Source: Scyliorhinus canicula (taxonomy: Eukaryota). Taken from it: a stretch of DNA of 64,000 bases. A program made the translations under genes and the position numbers. The stretch covers positions 140,844,404 to 140,908,403 of the forward strand of contig NC_052156.1 of assembly GCF_902713615.1 (NCBI RefSeq). The letters are read 5' to 3'. A model generated the notes under the pieces. It was not told the origin of the DNA. It ran no database searches and saw only the letters and a program-made list of their open reading frames with translations. Of the stretch, positions 38,290-50,949 are shown piece after piece (position 1 is the first letter of the stretch; each line of letters opens with the position of its first letter).

Positions 38290-39380
38290 CTCAAGGCTTC
38301 ATCCCCGCCTATTTGTCATCTACATGCTGCCCCTCGGTGACATTATCTGAAAGCACAGGGTCAGTTTGCCGACAGCACCACCTCACTCTACTCCTCTGCA
38401 ATTGCTAAATTATCAGACTGATTTTCTGATATCCAGTACAGGAGTAGAAACTTTCAATTAAATATTGGAAAGACTGAAGCCATTGTTTTTCTGTCCCTGC
38501 TTCAGAGTCTGTACCCTAACTACCAACTCTGTCCTTTACCCTGGCAAGTCCGAGATTAAACCAGTTTGTTTGGAATCGTGGCATCACATCTGATTTCATA
38601 TTCATGCTACCATTAAGACTGCTTAATTTCACCTTGCAACATTACCCAGCTTTTCCCATCACAGCTCATCTTCTGTCAAAACTCTCCATTACCTCTAAAT
38701 TAGAGGCTGGTTTAGCACAGTGGGCTAAAGAGCTGGCTTGTAATGCAGAACAATGCCAGCAGCACTGGTTCAATTCCCGTACCAGCCTCCCCGAACAGGC
38801 GAATGTGGCGACTAGGGGCTTTTCACAGTAACTTCATTGAAGCCTACTTGTGACAATGAGCAATTATTATCATACATTATTCAACGCTCTCTTGGCGGAT
38901 CTCCGTTCTCCCTCAAACGGGAGGTCATCTAAAACTCTGCTGCCCGTGTCCTAACTCGCAGCCATTCACCTACCATCTTTCGCCTACACTGACTTCAGGC
39001 TAAGCAGCACCTCGATTTTAAAATTCTCACCCTTGTTTAAAATCCATCCATGGCCTTGCACCTCCCTGACCGCTGTAGCTTCCAGTTCCACAACCTTGGA
39101 GATTCTCTACACTTTTCTAATTTTGGCTTCTCGAACATCTGCTTTTTATCGTTTGACCATTGGTGGCCTAGGCTCTAAGCTGTGGAATTTCTGGACTACA
39201 CCGTCTTTCTACCTTGGTTCTCTGCTTTAAGACACTCCCACTACCACTTTGATCAAGCTTTTGGTTATCTGACCGAGTATCTACTTTATGTGGCCTAGTG
39301 TCATAGTTTGTTTTATACTGCTCTTGTAAAGCACCTTGGAGCACTTTGTGACATTAAAGCTACCATATAAAGAAGTTATT
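38290..39380 (+). mobile_element. Decayed L2 LINE 3' part with nested SINE (38703-38870)
   Basis: TACATGCTGCCCCTCGGTGACATTATC (YMLPLGDII), LNIGKTEAI, and an L2-type tail TGTAAAGCACCTTGG...ATTAAAG. Confidence 0.75.
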
Positions 39381-41172
39381 GTAGCGTGCAGCTAATATTG
39401 TAATCACAATCTTTAGCCATGGTCAGGTAGATACATGTCATTTGTGTCCCCTCTCCAGTGTTTTTTTTAACACTTGTGATGATCATTTGGATCTTTAATC
39501 CCATCCATAATTAGATATTGAAACTGAACTTTAAACAGGTTAAAATTAGCACAGCATTAATAGCTCCTGAAGGTGCCTATTCTATTAATCTACAATATTG
39601 GGAGGAGCAGAAGGGTGATTAAGAGGGGAGGAGAAAAATAGAGGGAAGCAAGTTTCTCCCTTCTATTTCCACTTATTCTGCCGGAAGTCACTGGATAGCC
39701 TGCAGGATTTTTTTTTTTTTTTTTTAAAAGCACACATCCCGAGCTACTCGGAGGCGGTGGTGGGTTGCTGCTTAATCCACTGCAGTCACTGTAGCAATGG
39801 TATTCCCACCATAGTGTTAGGTCATTCTAAGATTTTGACTCAGCAATAAAGGAATGGCATCAAATGTCCAAATCGGTACGCTGTGTGACTTGCAGGTGAA
39901 CTCGTAGCTGACAATGTTCCCATGATGCCGCTGCTTTTACCCTTTTTCATGGTAAAGGTCACAAAGCTGCTAAAGGTAGCATTGTGAAGACACAATGCAC
40001 CAGTGGTTAAGGGAGTAGCAGGGGCACTGCTCAAACAGACAGCTTAGTCCTGGATGGCGTCAAGCTCCAAATGCTGCGGTGGCTGAACCAATTTAGATAC
40101 CGGATGAGTACTCTAGCGCCCACTTCATGCGAGTTATATAGATGGTGGAAATATCTTTCCACTTTATAGAAAATAGAATGACAATATAGAGAACCTCCTA
40201 AAAAGAGAGGTACCAAAATACCTACAGAGAAGTTGCAAAGGAAACAAGATGCACAACACTTCTTGTGGGTAGCCTTTTCAATACATACTGCATTTTTCTC
40301 ACCAAAGTAGCAAAACCACAGCATCACACACGCAACAAGAATAGCAAAAATATAAAAACGTTAGAATTCTACATCTCAGAATAACATTGATCACTCTTCT
40401 CTGAACTCTAAATAAATTTCAATACTTAAACCAATTAAGATATATACCATTCCCTTTGCATTTTAATACCAAATCACAAAGTGGGAAAATAATTAAACAC
40501 TACCAATCAAGAGCCTTATACTAGGGCCCACTGGCTGAGAGATAATTCCTGTAACAATGCCTCTCAACAATGAATTGTACAAACAATTTATACAGAGAGA
40601 AAATGTATACAGAAAAAAATTATTGTTTTTGCCAAAATGTCTCTAAAATTTTGTAGAAATTTTCTTCACACTCCAGACATCACACTTTTAAAAGAAATGT
40701 CTTTATTTCTGACCTGCTTTAAAAAGGCAGGCTACGTTAAAAGCTGAAAATAGCTATACTCTGGACTTCGTGAGTAATGAAACAGTTCAATTAAAATGAT
40801 CAGATCTGGATTAAAACCAATTTTCACCCAGCACCATTTACAACTTTTTTTTGTAGGAATTTAACTTGGTTGATAATTGTTATGGGTGCAAATGGTAGCA
40901 GCTGTTCAAGGAACAAAGCAAGATTTTTTTTCTTTGACAAATAATTAATGTTTCAAAAGTGTCAATTTTTATGCAAATATTGTACTTTGTTAAACTTGTA
41001 CATTAACTATTTCTTGGCATGTATTTAAATCTAGATTAGCATAACCATTGTAAAATAATCTCTTAGCAGTATCTTAGAATTAAATCCCTATAATTTTCAT
41101 AAATATGTATACACATGTAGAGATAGCATATGCAAATTATGCTCTAAAACCACTGATCTATAACAGAATAAT

Positions 41173-41385
41173 AAAAGCAAAATACTGCGGATGCTGGAAA
41201 TCTGGAATAAAAACGGAAAAGGCTGGATAGACTAGCAGCATCTGCGCAGAGAGAAATAGAATTAACGTTTTGAGTCCGTATGACTTTTCTTCAGAACTGA
41301 AGAGGGGTAGAAATGGGGTTCAGCAGATCCACAGATGCTGCCAGAACTGCATAGTTTATCCAGCATTTTCAGTCATCTGACAGAA
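41173..41385. mobile_element. Palindromic Penelope-type relic with a degenerate hammerhead core; relatives at about 680-860, 2365-2480, 16180-16275 and 53580-53785
   Basis: GCAAAATACTGCGGATGCTGGAAATCTG arm and inverted arm; minus strand 41298-41260 reads AGTT-CTGAAGA-AAAGTC-ATACG-GACTC-AAAA-CGTT-AATT. Confidence 0.65.
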
Positions 41386-41617
41386 CCTGAATTTGGGACA
41401 TAGAAGCACTTGTGAACAGACTTTTTTTTTTAAAGATAGGCATAACTTTTAAATATCCATCCATTATATAATCACAACTGCTATAAAGTCCAAAATCCAA
41501 CTAAAACCAAAATGCAAAGTGAAGTTTCATATTGTTTTTAAAAATGTTAGACTCCATAAAAATTAAGTGATTAATGACTCCCACTTATTGATTTCTTAGT
41601 GTGAAGTAAACACTTAC

Positions 41618-42579
41618 ATTTCTGGACTCCTAAATTTAACTTGTTGGGTGGGTGTTCCCGGGCAATAGACATGGGTGATATTTTTCTTGCTGATGGGGTT
41701 TCATTTTGTATGGAAGCAGTAACAATGGAACTTGTTAAAATACTGGTAACATTTTTAGGTACGGCTTTTCCAACATCCATTTCCTCCAGCTCTGAGTCAG
41801 AATGGAGAGGATTCGTAAAACAGAGGGGTGCCACATTTACACAGTGGTCACTGGTGTCCACAGCCAAATGCTGAACGCAAAGTATTTCTTTTGCTGATGG
41901 CTCTGCTGGTACAGCAGGTGCTTTAGAAGAGTGGCATTGAGTATTGTACAATTTATCACCAGTGGAAGACTTGCTAAATGTAGTTGGTGTACATTCATGG
42001 CTTGCCTTGTTCCACAAGGCATGAGCTCTTTCTTTAAGTGGCAATTGTACTGGTCTCAAGACAACATCAGAATTCCTCTGTTCCTGAGCAGCATCCGTGT
42101 GCTGAATATCCACCTCTGAATTTACAGAAACCTGTCCACAGCTCAATTCCATGGATTTATTTGTTTGCTCAATCTCAATTGCTGAAGTGGACTTCAGTTT
42201 ACTTGACGGCACTCTGTTAAAAGAACCGTTTCCTCCAGGTGGGGACACTTCAAAGCTTTTGGGTCCTTCTTGGAGTGGTATCTTCTTTATTTCAATACTC
42301 AATTTTCTTTCCAGTTTTTTCTCAATAGGTTCAGTGTGCGCAGCACAATTTTCGATCTGTTTGTAGGTATCCACAGGCTTATTGTAATTTTCATTGAGAT
42401 CTGTGGGAGGTGGTGTAAACGAATGCACCACTGGCTTGGGATGATATCGGTCATTATCTTGCCACACAGTAGTAACAGCTGGATATGCAGATGGAGGAGA
42501 AGGAGTGAGGATAGGTGGTACTGGTTGGGGCTCTGGAGGCTGCAAGATTTCTTCTTTAGCGTCTCCTTCTACCAGGCAA
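41618..42579 (-). CDS. PTPN12: PTPN12 large PEST exon (exon 13 equivalent): (S)CLVEGDAKEEILQPPEPQPVPPILTPSPPS...RKLSIEIKKIP...FTNPLHSD...PMSIAR...GVQK(C)
   Basis: Acceptor cttccacAG, donor T/gtaagt; 962 nt, phase 2-1; Pro2, VWQDNDRYHPKP and the Shc-binding NPLH match PTP-PEST. Confidence 0.97.
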
Positions 42580-43854
42580 CTGTGGAAGTTTTTTTGATTG
42601 GGTGGTTGGCGAGTGGGTGGGGTGCAGGGGGAAAGACAGGAGAAAAAAATGGAAAGGGGTTAGCTAGCATCACCACTCAAAATTGGAAATAATTAAATCT
42701 ACTTGTGAAGGCAAAGAATCTAGACACATAAAACAGGGACAAGAACCAAGTACGAGAAACTGTAAACAGAATTAAGGACACAGTATCACTGGCATTTTAT
42801 GATAATATGTGTTTCAAAGATGGTATTTTGTTATTTTACATATCGGGTGCCAGACAAATATTTGGACTACGATTTAAACCAATCTACAAGATACCGCAGA
42901 CAAGAATATCATAGCACCATTGCTTTGAGAGTACAAAACACTGCAAACTAAGGCACTGTATTCAATGTCAAACCATGCAATTACAATTCCTTAGTGGGTA
43001 AGATTTGTAAAGTCGGAAAACCTGATGCACTATTTTCTACAACTGTACTCGAAAAGTTAAAATGGAAGTTTACTTCCAGGATGTTGTGACAAGGTTATCA
43101 CAAAGAGAAAGTCGCTCACTGCACTGAATCACCACAAAAGCAAAGAAAAAGGAAGTAATAGACAACGCAAAAACCATTTACTCAAACAAAATAGTTAACA
43201 TCTTCAAAGTTCATCGGTAAAAAGCATAAAGTTAAATCTAAAGATGGTGACAGAAATAAAACTTTTTATCTAACATCTAGAACAGTATTGATCTCTAATT
43301 CTAACTGGGCAAAGCTCCAAGTACTGATGTTATACTGCCTGAACTCGTCAATCCCTTGAAACCAGCACTCCTGCAGCATCTGAATGAACTTCTGTCTAGG
43401 CTAAAGAGGATATAGGGTAGAATACAATTTGTAGAGCTTTTTGAATGCAGGAAGGCAAGTACCAGCAGTGTGAGGGAAGTTAGCCAGTGAATTGCAAAGA
43501 ACAGATGTATAATGGATACTTTTCTATGAGTAGGGGCAATGAGTGACCCAATGTTGAAGTGGCAGATGTCAGTCTGTATGGGACCAGGCAGCAGTGTGGG
43601 TGTACCCACACCTCAAGGACTGCAGCGGTTCAAGAAGGCAACTCACCACCATCTGCTGAAGGGCAATTAGGGATGGGCAATAAATGCTGGCCTAACCAGC
43701 GACGCCCACATTCCATAAATGAATTTTTAAGAAAGCCATAATTGTTCAGGAATAATTGGTATACAATGCTTAACATATTACTAATTTTAATGATCTCATA
43801 TCAAAGACCTCAACTGAATGAGGCATTTTTCAGCAATTGGAAGAGAATCATCGA

Positions 43855-44146
43855 TTCATAAGAGTGCAGGAGGAGGCCATTCGGCCCATCGAGTCTGCAC
43901 TGGCCCTTGGAAAGGGCACCCTACTTAAGTCCACGCCTCCACCCGATCACCATAACCCAGTGGCCCTATAAAGGGCAATTCAGCATGGCCAATCCACCCA
44001 ACCTGCACATCTCCAGAGTACCCGGAGGAAACCCAACGCAGAAACAGGGAGAAAGTGCAAACTCCTCAGTCACCCGAGGCCGGAATTGAACCTGGGTCCC
44101 TGGACCTGTGAGGCAGCAGTACTAACCACTGTGCCACCTTGCCGCC
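43855..44146 (-). mobile_element. HE1-like SINE with CR1-type tail
   Basis: Head GGCGGCAAGGTGGCACAGTGGTTAGTACTG; tail GACTCGATGGGCCGAATGGCCTCCTCCTGCACTCTTATG. Confidence 0.85.
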
Positions 44147-44965
44147 TGAGATGTACATAGGTTTTACAAGCGAAAGCCACAAGTGCAGATGGATTTAACA
44201 CAATCAAATGATTTAAATGATATTAATCTTTATCTCCAGTTACAATTTGTTTTGAGAAGCAGAATAGGTTCTGATATTGGAAGTGGATTCAGGTGACAAG
44301 GGAACAGAGCCACTCTGTCCTTTGCCCAGCAATTTATGCAAGTAATCCTGTTTCAGACAGATTCGTAAATTGCACTTCCCACCTGGCACCGGAAATTTCT
44401 GCTGAAACAGAAACCCACTAAACTATTTCCTAGATTCTATTTGGCTTGTTTCTCCTCCAACAGGAAGATGACCACCTCACCAACAATAAAGATCACAATA
44501 CTGTTCCTCTTGTGTCAGTTAAAAACTGTGTTTTTCAGTTAAAAGTGCAGTGTGTAGCTTAGTGTCTGATTGGTTGAAGCTGCCCCCACCCTAATTGCTG
44601 AGAGGCAGTTATCTGTCAATCACCTGAGGCCTGTTTAGGGGCACATTGTATTCTTCTCTTTGAAGTTTAGGTATTTTTTGAGTCATCGATTAGCTGAGGT
44701 CTGTAGAAAAGACAGACAGAGAGAGCACTCAGTAAGATAGCGCTTTTCCAGGAGTCACATCCGGAGTGAGACTCATCTAGAGTGGGATTGCAACTTGGTA
44801 ATTTGGTGTAGTGAGGTAATTCGGTGCAGAGTGAGAGGAGGTGCTTTTTCAGAGATGCTTTTTAACCCTGGTAAGTGACTGGTAAGTAGTTTTTCTTTTA
44901 ATTGTCTAATTTATTTATTTTTATTTTGAAATTGTTGTTCTATAAGTTTACCTAAGGTTTAAGAC

Positions 44966-45929
44966 ATGGCAGGAGATCCCAGACCCGTGTCATGCTCCTC
45001 GTGCGATGTGGGAGCTCAGGGACACGTTCACTGTCCCTGGCTCTTTCACGTTGCAAGAAGTGCGTTCAGTTACAGCTCTTGTTAGACCGCTTGACGGCTC
45101 TAGAGCTGCAGGTGGACTCACTTTGGAGCATCCGCGATGCTGAGGAGGTCGTGGATAGCACGTTTAGCGAGTTGGTCACACCGCAGGTGAAAATTAATGA
45201 GGGAGATAGAAAATGGGTGACCAAAAGAAAGAGCAAGAGTAGGAAGGCAGTGCAGGTGTCCCCTGCGGTCATCTCCCTGCAAAACAGATATACCGCTTTG
45301 GATACTGTTGAGGGAGATGGCTCACCAGGGGAAGGCAGCAGAGGCCATGTTCATGGCACCGTGGCTGGCTCTGCTGCACGGCAGGGCAGGAAGAAAAATG
45401 GCAGGGCTATAGTGATAGGGGACTCGATCGTAAGGGGAATAGACAGGCGGTTCTGTGGACGCAATCGAGACTCCAGGATGGTATGTTGCCTCCCTGGTGC
45501 AAGGGTCAAGGATGTCTCGGAGCGGCTGCAGGACATTCTGGAGGGGGGGGGGGGGGGGGGGGACGACAGCCAGCTGTCGTGGTGCACATAGGCACCAACG
45601 ATATAGGTAAAAAACGGGATGAGGTCCTACAAGCGGAATTCAGGGAGTTAGGAGTTAAACTAAAAAGTAGGACCTCAAAGGTAGTAATCTCAGGATTGCT
45701 ACCAGTGCCACGAGCTAGTCAGAGTAGGAATGTCAGGATAGATAGGATGAATGCGTGGCTCGAGAGATGGTGCAAGAGGGAGGGATTCAAATCCCTGGGG
45801 CATTGGGACCGGTTCTGGGGGAGGTGGGACCAGAACAAACCGGACGGTCTGCACCTGGGCAGGACTGGAACCGATGTCCATGGGGGGGGGGGGGTGTTTT
45901 CTAGAGCTGTTGGGTAGGGTTTAAACTAA
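44966..45929 (+). pseudogene. CR1 ORF1 (Zn-finger/leucine zipper plus SGNH esterase domain), frameshifted
   Basis: MAGDPRPVSCSSC, CKKC, VIGDSIVRG, HIGTND and DGLHL motifs split across frames. Confidence 0.88.
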
Positions 45930-48900
45930 TGTGGCAGGGGGATGGGAACCTATGCAGGAAGTTGGAAGGTAGTAAAACAGGGACAGAAGCAAAAGAAAGT
46001 AAGGGGGAAAGTGCAAGGCAGAGAAGACATAGTCAAAAATCTAAAAGGGCGACAGTACAAGGTACAGTGACTGAGGGGAGCTCAGTGAATAGGCCCAGTA
46101 ATAACAAAAGGAATAAAACTGGAGATGTTAAGATTCAAAGCAGAGGTTAAAAAACCAACATAAGTGTACTTTACCTGAATGCTCGTAGTATTAGGAATAA
46201 AGTAAATGAGTTGATGGCACAAATCATCATAAATTACTATGATTTAGTGGCCATTATTAAAACATGGTTAAAGGATGGTCACGACTGGGAGTTAAATATC
46301 CGAGGGTATCAAACTATTCGGAAGGACAGAGTGGATGGTAAGGGAGGTGGTGTTGCTCTGTTATTTAAGGATGACATCCGGGCAATAGTAAGGGATGACA
46401 TCGGTGCTATGGAGGATAAGGTTGAATCCAGGCGAAAAAGTCACTGATAGGAGTAGTCTATCGGCCACCAAATAGTAACGTTATGGTGGGGCAGGCAATA
46501 AACAAAGAAATAACTGATGCATGTAGAAATGGTACAGCAGTTATCATGGGGGATTTTAATCTACATGTCGATTGGTTTAACCAGGTCGGTCAAGGCAACC
46601 TTGAGGAGTTTCTAGAATGTATCCGCGATAGTTTCCTAGAACAGTATGTAATGGAACCTACGAGGGAACAAGTGGTCCTAGATCTTGTCCTGTGTAATGA
46701 GACAGGATTGATTCATGATCTCATAGTTAGGGATCCTCTCGGAAGGAGCGATCACAATATGGTGGAATTTAAAATACAGATGGAGGGTGAGAAAGTAAAA
46801 TCAAATACTAGTGTTTTGTGTTTAAACAAAGGCGATTACAAGGGGATGAGAGAAGAACTAGTTAAGGTAGACTGGGAGCTAAGACTTTATGGTGGAACAG
46901 TTGAGGAACAGTGGAGAACCTTCCAAGCGATTTTTCACAGTGCTCAGCAAAGGTTTATACCAACAAAAAGGAAGGACGGTAGAAAGAGGGAAAATAGACC
47001 GTGGATATCTAAGGAAATAAGGGAGAGTATCAAATTGAAGGAAAAAGCATATCAAGTGGCAAAGATTGCTGGGAGATTAGAGGACTGGGAAATCTTTAGG
47101 GGGCAACAGAAAGCTACTAAAAATGCTATAAAGAAGAGTAAGATAGAGTATGAGAGTAAACTTGCTCAGAATATAAAAACAGACAGTAAAAGTTTTTACA
47201 AATATATAAAACAAAAAAGAGTGGCTAAGGTAAATATTGGTCCTTTAGAGGATGAGAAAGGAGTTTTAATAATGGGAAATGAGGAAATGGCTGAGGAACT
47301 GAACAGGTTTTTTGGGTCGGTCTTCACAGTGGAAGAAACAAATAACATGCCAGCGACTGATAGAAATGAGGCTATGACAGGTGAGGACCTTGAGAGGATT
47401 GTTATCACTAAGGAGGTAGTGATGGGCAAGTTAATGGGGCTAAAGGTAGACAAGTCTCCTGGCCCTGATGGAATGCATCCCAGAGTGCTAAAAGAGATGG
47501 CTAGGGAAATTGCAGATGCACTAGTGATAATTTACCGAAATTCACTGGACTCTGGGGTGGTCCCGGTGGATTGGAAATTAGCAAACGTGACACCACTGTT
47601 TAAAAAAGGAGGTAGGCAGAAAGCAGGAAATTATAGGCCAGTGAGCTTAACTTCGGTAGTAGGGAAGGTGCTGGAATCTATCATCAAGGAAGAAATTGCA
47701 AGGTATCTGGATAGAAATTGTCCCATTGGGCAGACGCAGCATGGGTTCATAAAGGGCAGGTCATGCCTAACTAATTTAGTGGAATTTTTTGAGGACATTA
47801 CCAGTGCAGTAGATAACAGGGAGCCGATGGATGTGGTATATCTGGATTTCCAGAAAGCCTTTGACAAGGTGCCACACAAAAGGTTGCTGCATAAGATAAA
47901 GATGCATGGCATTAAGGGTAAAGTAGTAGCATGGATAGAGGATTGGTTAATTAATAGAAAGCAAAGACTGGGGATTAATGGGCGTTTCTCTGATTGGCAA
48001 TCAGTAGCTAGTGGTGTCCCTCAGGGGTCCGTGTTGGGCCCACAATTGTTCACAATTTACATTGATGATTTGGAGTTGGGGACCACGGGCAATGTGTCCA
48101 AGTTTGCAGATGACACTAAGATGAGTGGTAAAGCGAAAAGTGCAGAGGATACTGGAAGTCTGCAGAGGGATTTGGATAGGTTAAGTGAATGGGCTAGGGT
48201 CTGGCAGATGGAATACAATGTTGACAAATGTGAGGTTATCCATTTTGGTAGGAATAACAGCAAACGGGATTATTATTTAAACGATAAAATATTAAAGCAT
48301 GCCGCTGTGCAGAGAGACTTGGGTGTGCTAGTGCATGAGTCACAGAAGGTTGGTTTACAGGTGCAACAGGTGATTAAGAAGGCAAATGGAATTTTGTCCT
48401 TCATTGCTAGAGGGATGGAGTTTAAGACTAGGGAGGTTATGTTGCAATTGTATAAGGTGTTAGTGAGGCCACACCTGGAGTATTGTGTTCAGTTTTGGTC
48501 TCCTTACTTGAGAAAGGACGTACTGGCACTGGAGGGTGTGCAGAGGAGATTCACTAGTTTAATTCCAGAGCTGAAGGGGTTGGATTATGAGGAGGTGTTG
48601 AGTAGACTGGGACTGTACTCGTTGGAATTTAGAAGGGGGGGGGGGGGGGGGGGGGGGGGGTCTTATAGAAACATAAAATTATGAAGGGAATAGATAGGAT
48701 AGATGCAGGCAGGTTGTTTCCACTGGCGGGTGAAAGCAGAACTAGGGGACATAGCCTCAAAATAAGGGGAAGTAGATTTAGGACTGAGTTTAGGACGAAC
48801 TTCTTCACCCAAAGGGTTGTGAATCTATGGAATTCCTTGCCCAGTGAAGCAGTGGAGTCTCCTTCATTACATGTTTTTAAGGTAAAGATAGATAGTTTTT

Positions 48901-48953
48901 TGAAGAATAAAGGGATTAAGGGTTATGGTGTTCGGGCCGGAAAGTGGAGCTGA
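45929..48953 (+). pseudogene. CR1 ORF2 (APE endonuclease plus reverse transcriptase), disrupted
   Basis: YLNARSI, MGDFN, SDHN, QHGF, GVPQGSVLGP and FADD; 733-aa open segment 46483-48684; frame breaks near 46430 and at the G-run 48635-48660. Confidence 0.95.
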
Positions 48954-49361
48954 GTCCACAAAAGATCAGCCATGATCTCATTGAATGGCGGAGCAGGCTC
49001 GAGGGGCCAGATGGCCTACTCCTAGTTCTTATGTTCTTATGTCACCCCTATGCATCTAGTTTAGTCTTTGTGGAAGTTCCCCTTACCACTCTCTGCACAC
49101 ACATCACAATTATCATGGACATGCACGTCTGGCTAAAATTATTTGGATCTTCTTGCTCAACAATTCGCATTTTATTTCAAATCAATGGAAGACCTTGTGG
49201 TTTAAACCCACGCTGAATTCTACCCAAACATTTTTGTACCCAAACATCTACCCATTCATTTTTTCAGTTTTCATTTCATTTTCAAACAAGACTTCAAGCA
49301 GAAATGTAATTTAAATTTATCAAAGTTTGCATTAAAATTATCAGCAGAAAATCATCCCTAA

Positions 49362-50104
49362 CGTGGGCGGATGCTCTGGAAAGAGTGAACTCCTCCTCTT
49401 CTTGTGCGAGGCTTAGCCTCATACAGTGCAAGGTGCTACATAGGGCTCATATGACCGGGACGAGGATGAGTAGGTTCTTTGGGGGCGAAGACAGGTGTAC
49501 TAGGTGATCAGGGAGCCCAGCGAACCATGCCCATATGTTCTGGGCATGCCCAGCGCTGGGGGAATTTTGGAAGGGGGTAGCAAGCACGGTGTCGAGGGTG
49601 GTAGACTCTCAATTTTTGGGGTTGCAGTGGAGCCGGGAGTGCAGGAGGCGAAAGAGGCCGGTGTTCTGGCCTTTGCGTCCCTAGTAGCCCGGCGGAGGAT
49701 TCTTCTTCAGTGGAAGGATGCGAGGCCCCCAAGCGTGGAGGCCTGGATCAATGATATGGCAGGGTTCATCAAATGGAGAGGGTGAAATTTTCCCTGAGGG
49801 GATCAGTACAGGTGTTTTTCCGGCAGTGGCAAACTTTCCTAGATTTCCTGGCAGAACAGTAGGGAAAAAGGCCAGCAGCAGCCGCCCGGGGAGGGGGGGT
49901 CATCGTTTTGTGGGTTGGGTTGAAGGGACGTGTACATGTGTTCTTTGTTTATGACGGGTGTTAATCAATTTCTTCTTTTTTGTATTTACCCGGGGGGGGG
50001 GGGGTTGCTCTTTCTTGCTTTTCTTAGTTGTTAATATTTTTTGTTAATATTTTCTGTTATTGATATTTTGTGAAAATCTGAATAAAAATTATTTTTAAAT
50101 AAAA
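49362..50104 (+). mobile_element. L1/Tx1-like 3' fragment (same family as 17284-18537)
   Basis: EPGVQEAKEAGVLAFASLVARRRILLQWKD; AATAAA; TSD AGAAAATCATCCCTAA (49346-49361) / AGAAATTCATCCCTAA (50105-50120). Confidence 0.9.
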
Positions 50105-50949
50105 AGAAATTCATCCCTAATGGACACCTGGACTAGATGCTACATCTTTCAATGCCAAAGCAGTAACCAATGCTCTGCTTTCTAACATTTCCATTCATAT
50201 GCAGCTGGACATAAGAGAGTAGTACATAAAGTGTCATCAGGATATTTATAAACCTAAAAATGTATGAGACTAGTTAACTTTGTTTGTATTGGACAGAGAG
50301 GGGATAAAAGAGGAGAAAAAGCAGAAAGAGAGAAACAAAGAGAAAGGAAAAAAAGTAGAGTTCATGGGGGCTTGTAATGGGGACATCAAGAGAAAAGCAA
50401 TCTGGATGACAAATCCAATAAGGCGAAAGGAAGAATGAAAAAGGAGGTCATAGTTAATGTGAGTGTAGGTTAACTTGAGACAGACAGGAAAAGCTAAAAT
50501 GAACATCAAGCAAACCAAATCTAACAATTCAACTATCCTCTGCTAAAAGGTAGAGAAAAGTGTGAATCATGGTTTATTTTAAAGGAAATAGTGCTGTAAT
50601 GGAAACTTGCCTAGTTAAACAAAAAGATATGTACAATACAAGTTTAATCCTTCAAAATTGCAATCTTCTAACAGAATCTGGACACAAAATTAAAGCAGCA
50701 TTACCTTGCTAGGTCACAAATAAAAAATGTTACTGAGGCCTTACCAGATGCATTTCTCATGCCCCACACAAAAGTCATCTTTCTCAGGCAACCACTATTG
50801 CTTCCTATATTCCAAAGCATGACCTAATGTGTAATGCCATGTGCCCTGAGCAATCAATACAACAGTTCATTGTCTGAATTTATATATAGGGTTTCCATTA
50901 AGCAATCATTTGTCATTCTTGTTCTCAAGAGTGAATTTTACAAAAATAA

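Larger units (their letters stand above)
44518..49041 (+). mobile_element. Near full-length CR1 LINE (5' UTR, ORF1, ORF2, 3' TTCTTATG repeat), antisense to PTPN12
   Basis: Both ORFs recognisable; tail TTCTTATGTTCTTATG; candidate imperfect TSD TCTTGTGTCA (44508-44517) / TCTTATGTCA (49035-49044). Confidence 0.93.

Noticed and set aside
38703-38790. Possible tRNA gene (cloverleaf with A/B boxes)
   Set aside because: Always attached to a LINE-type tail, with an oversized anticodon loop and many diverged copies; it is a SINE head.
41571-41617. ORF-track extension KCLLHTKKSISGSH* of the large exon, and its listed start at 42545
   Set aside because: Read-through past a consensus GTAAGT donor; the start is an internal TTG. 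The real exon is 42579-41618.
44518-49041. Active autonomous CR1
   Set aside because: ORF1 is frameshifted near its start and ORF2 has a frame-breaking deletion near 46430, independent of the G runs.
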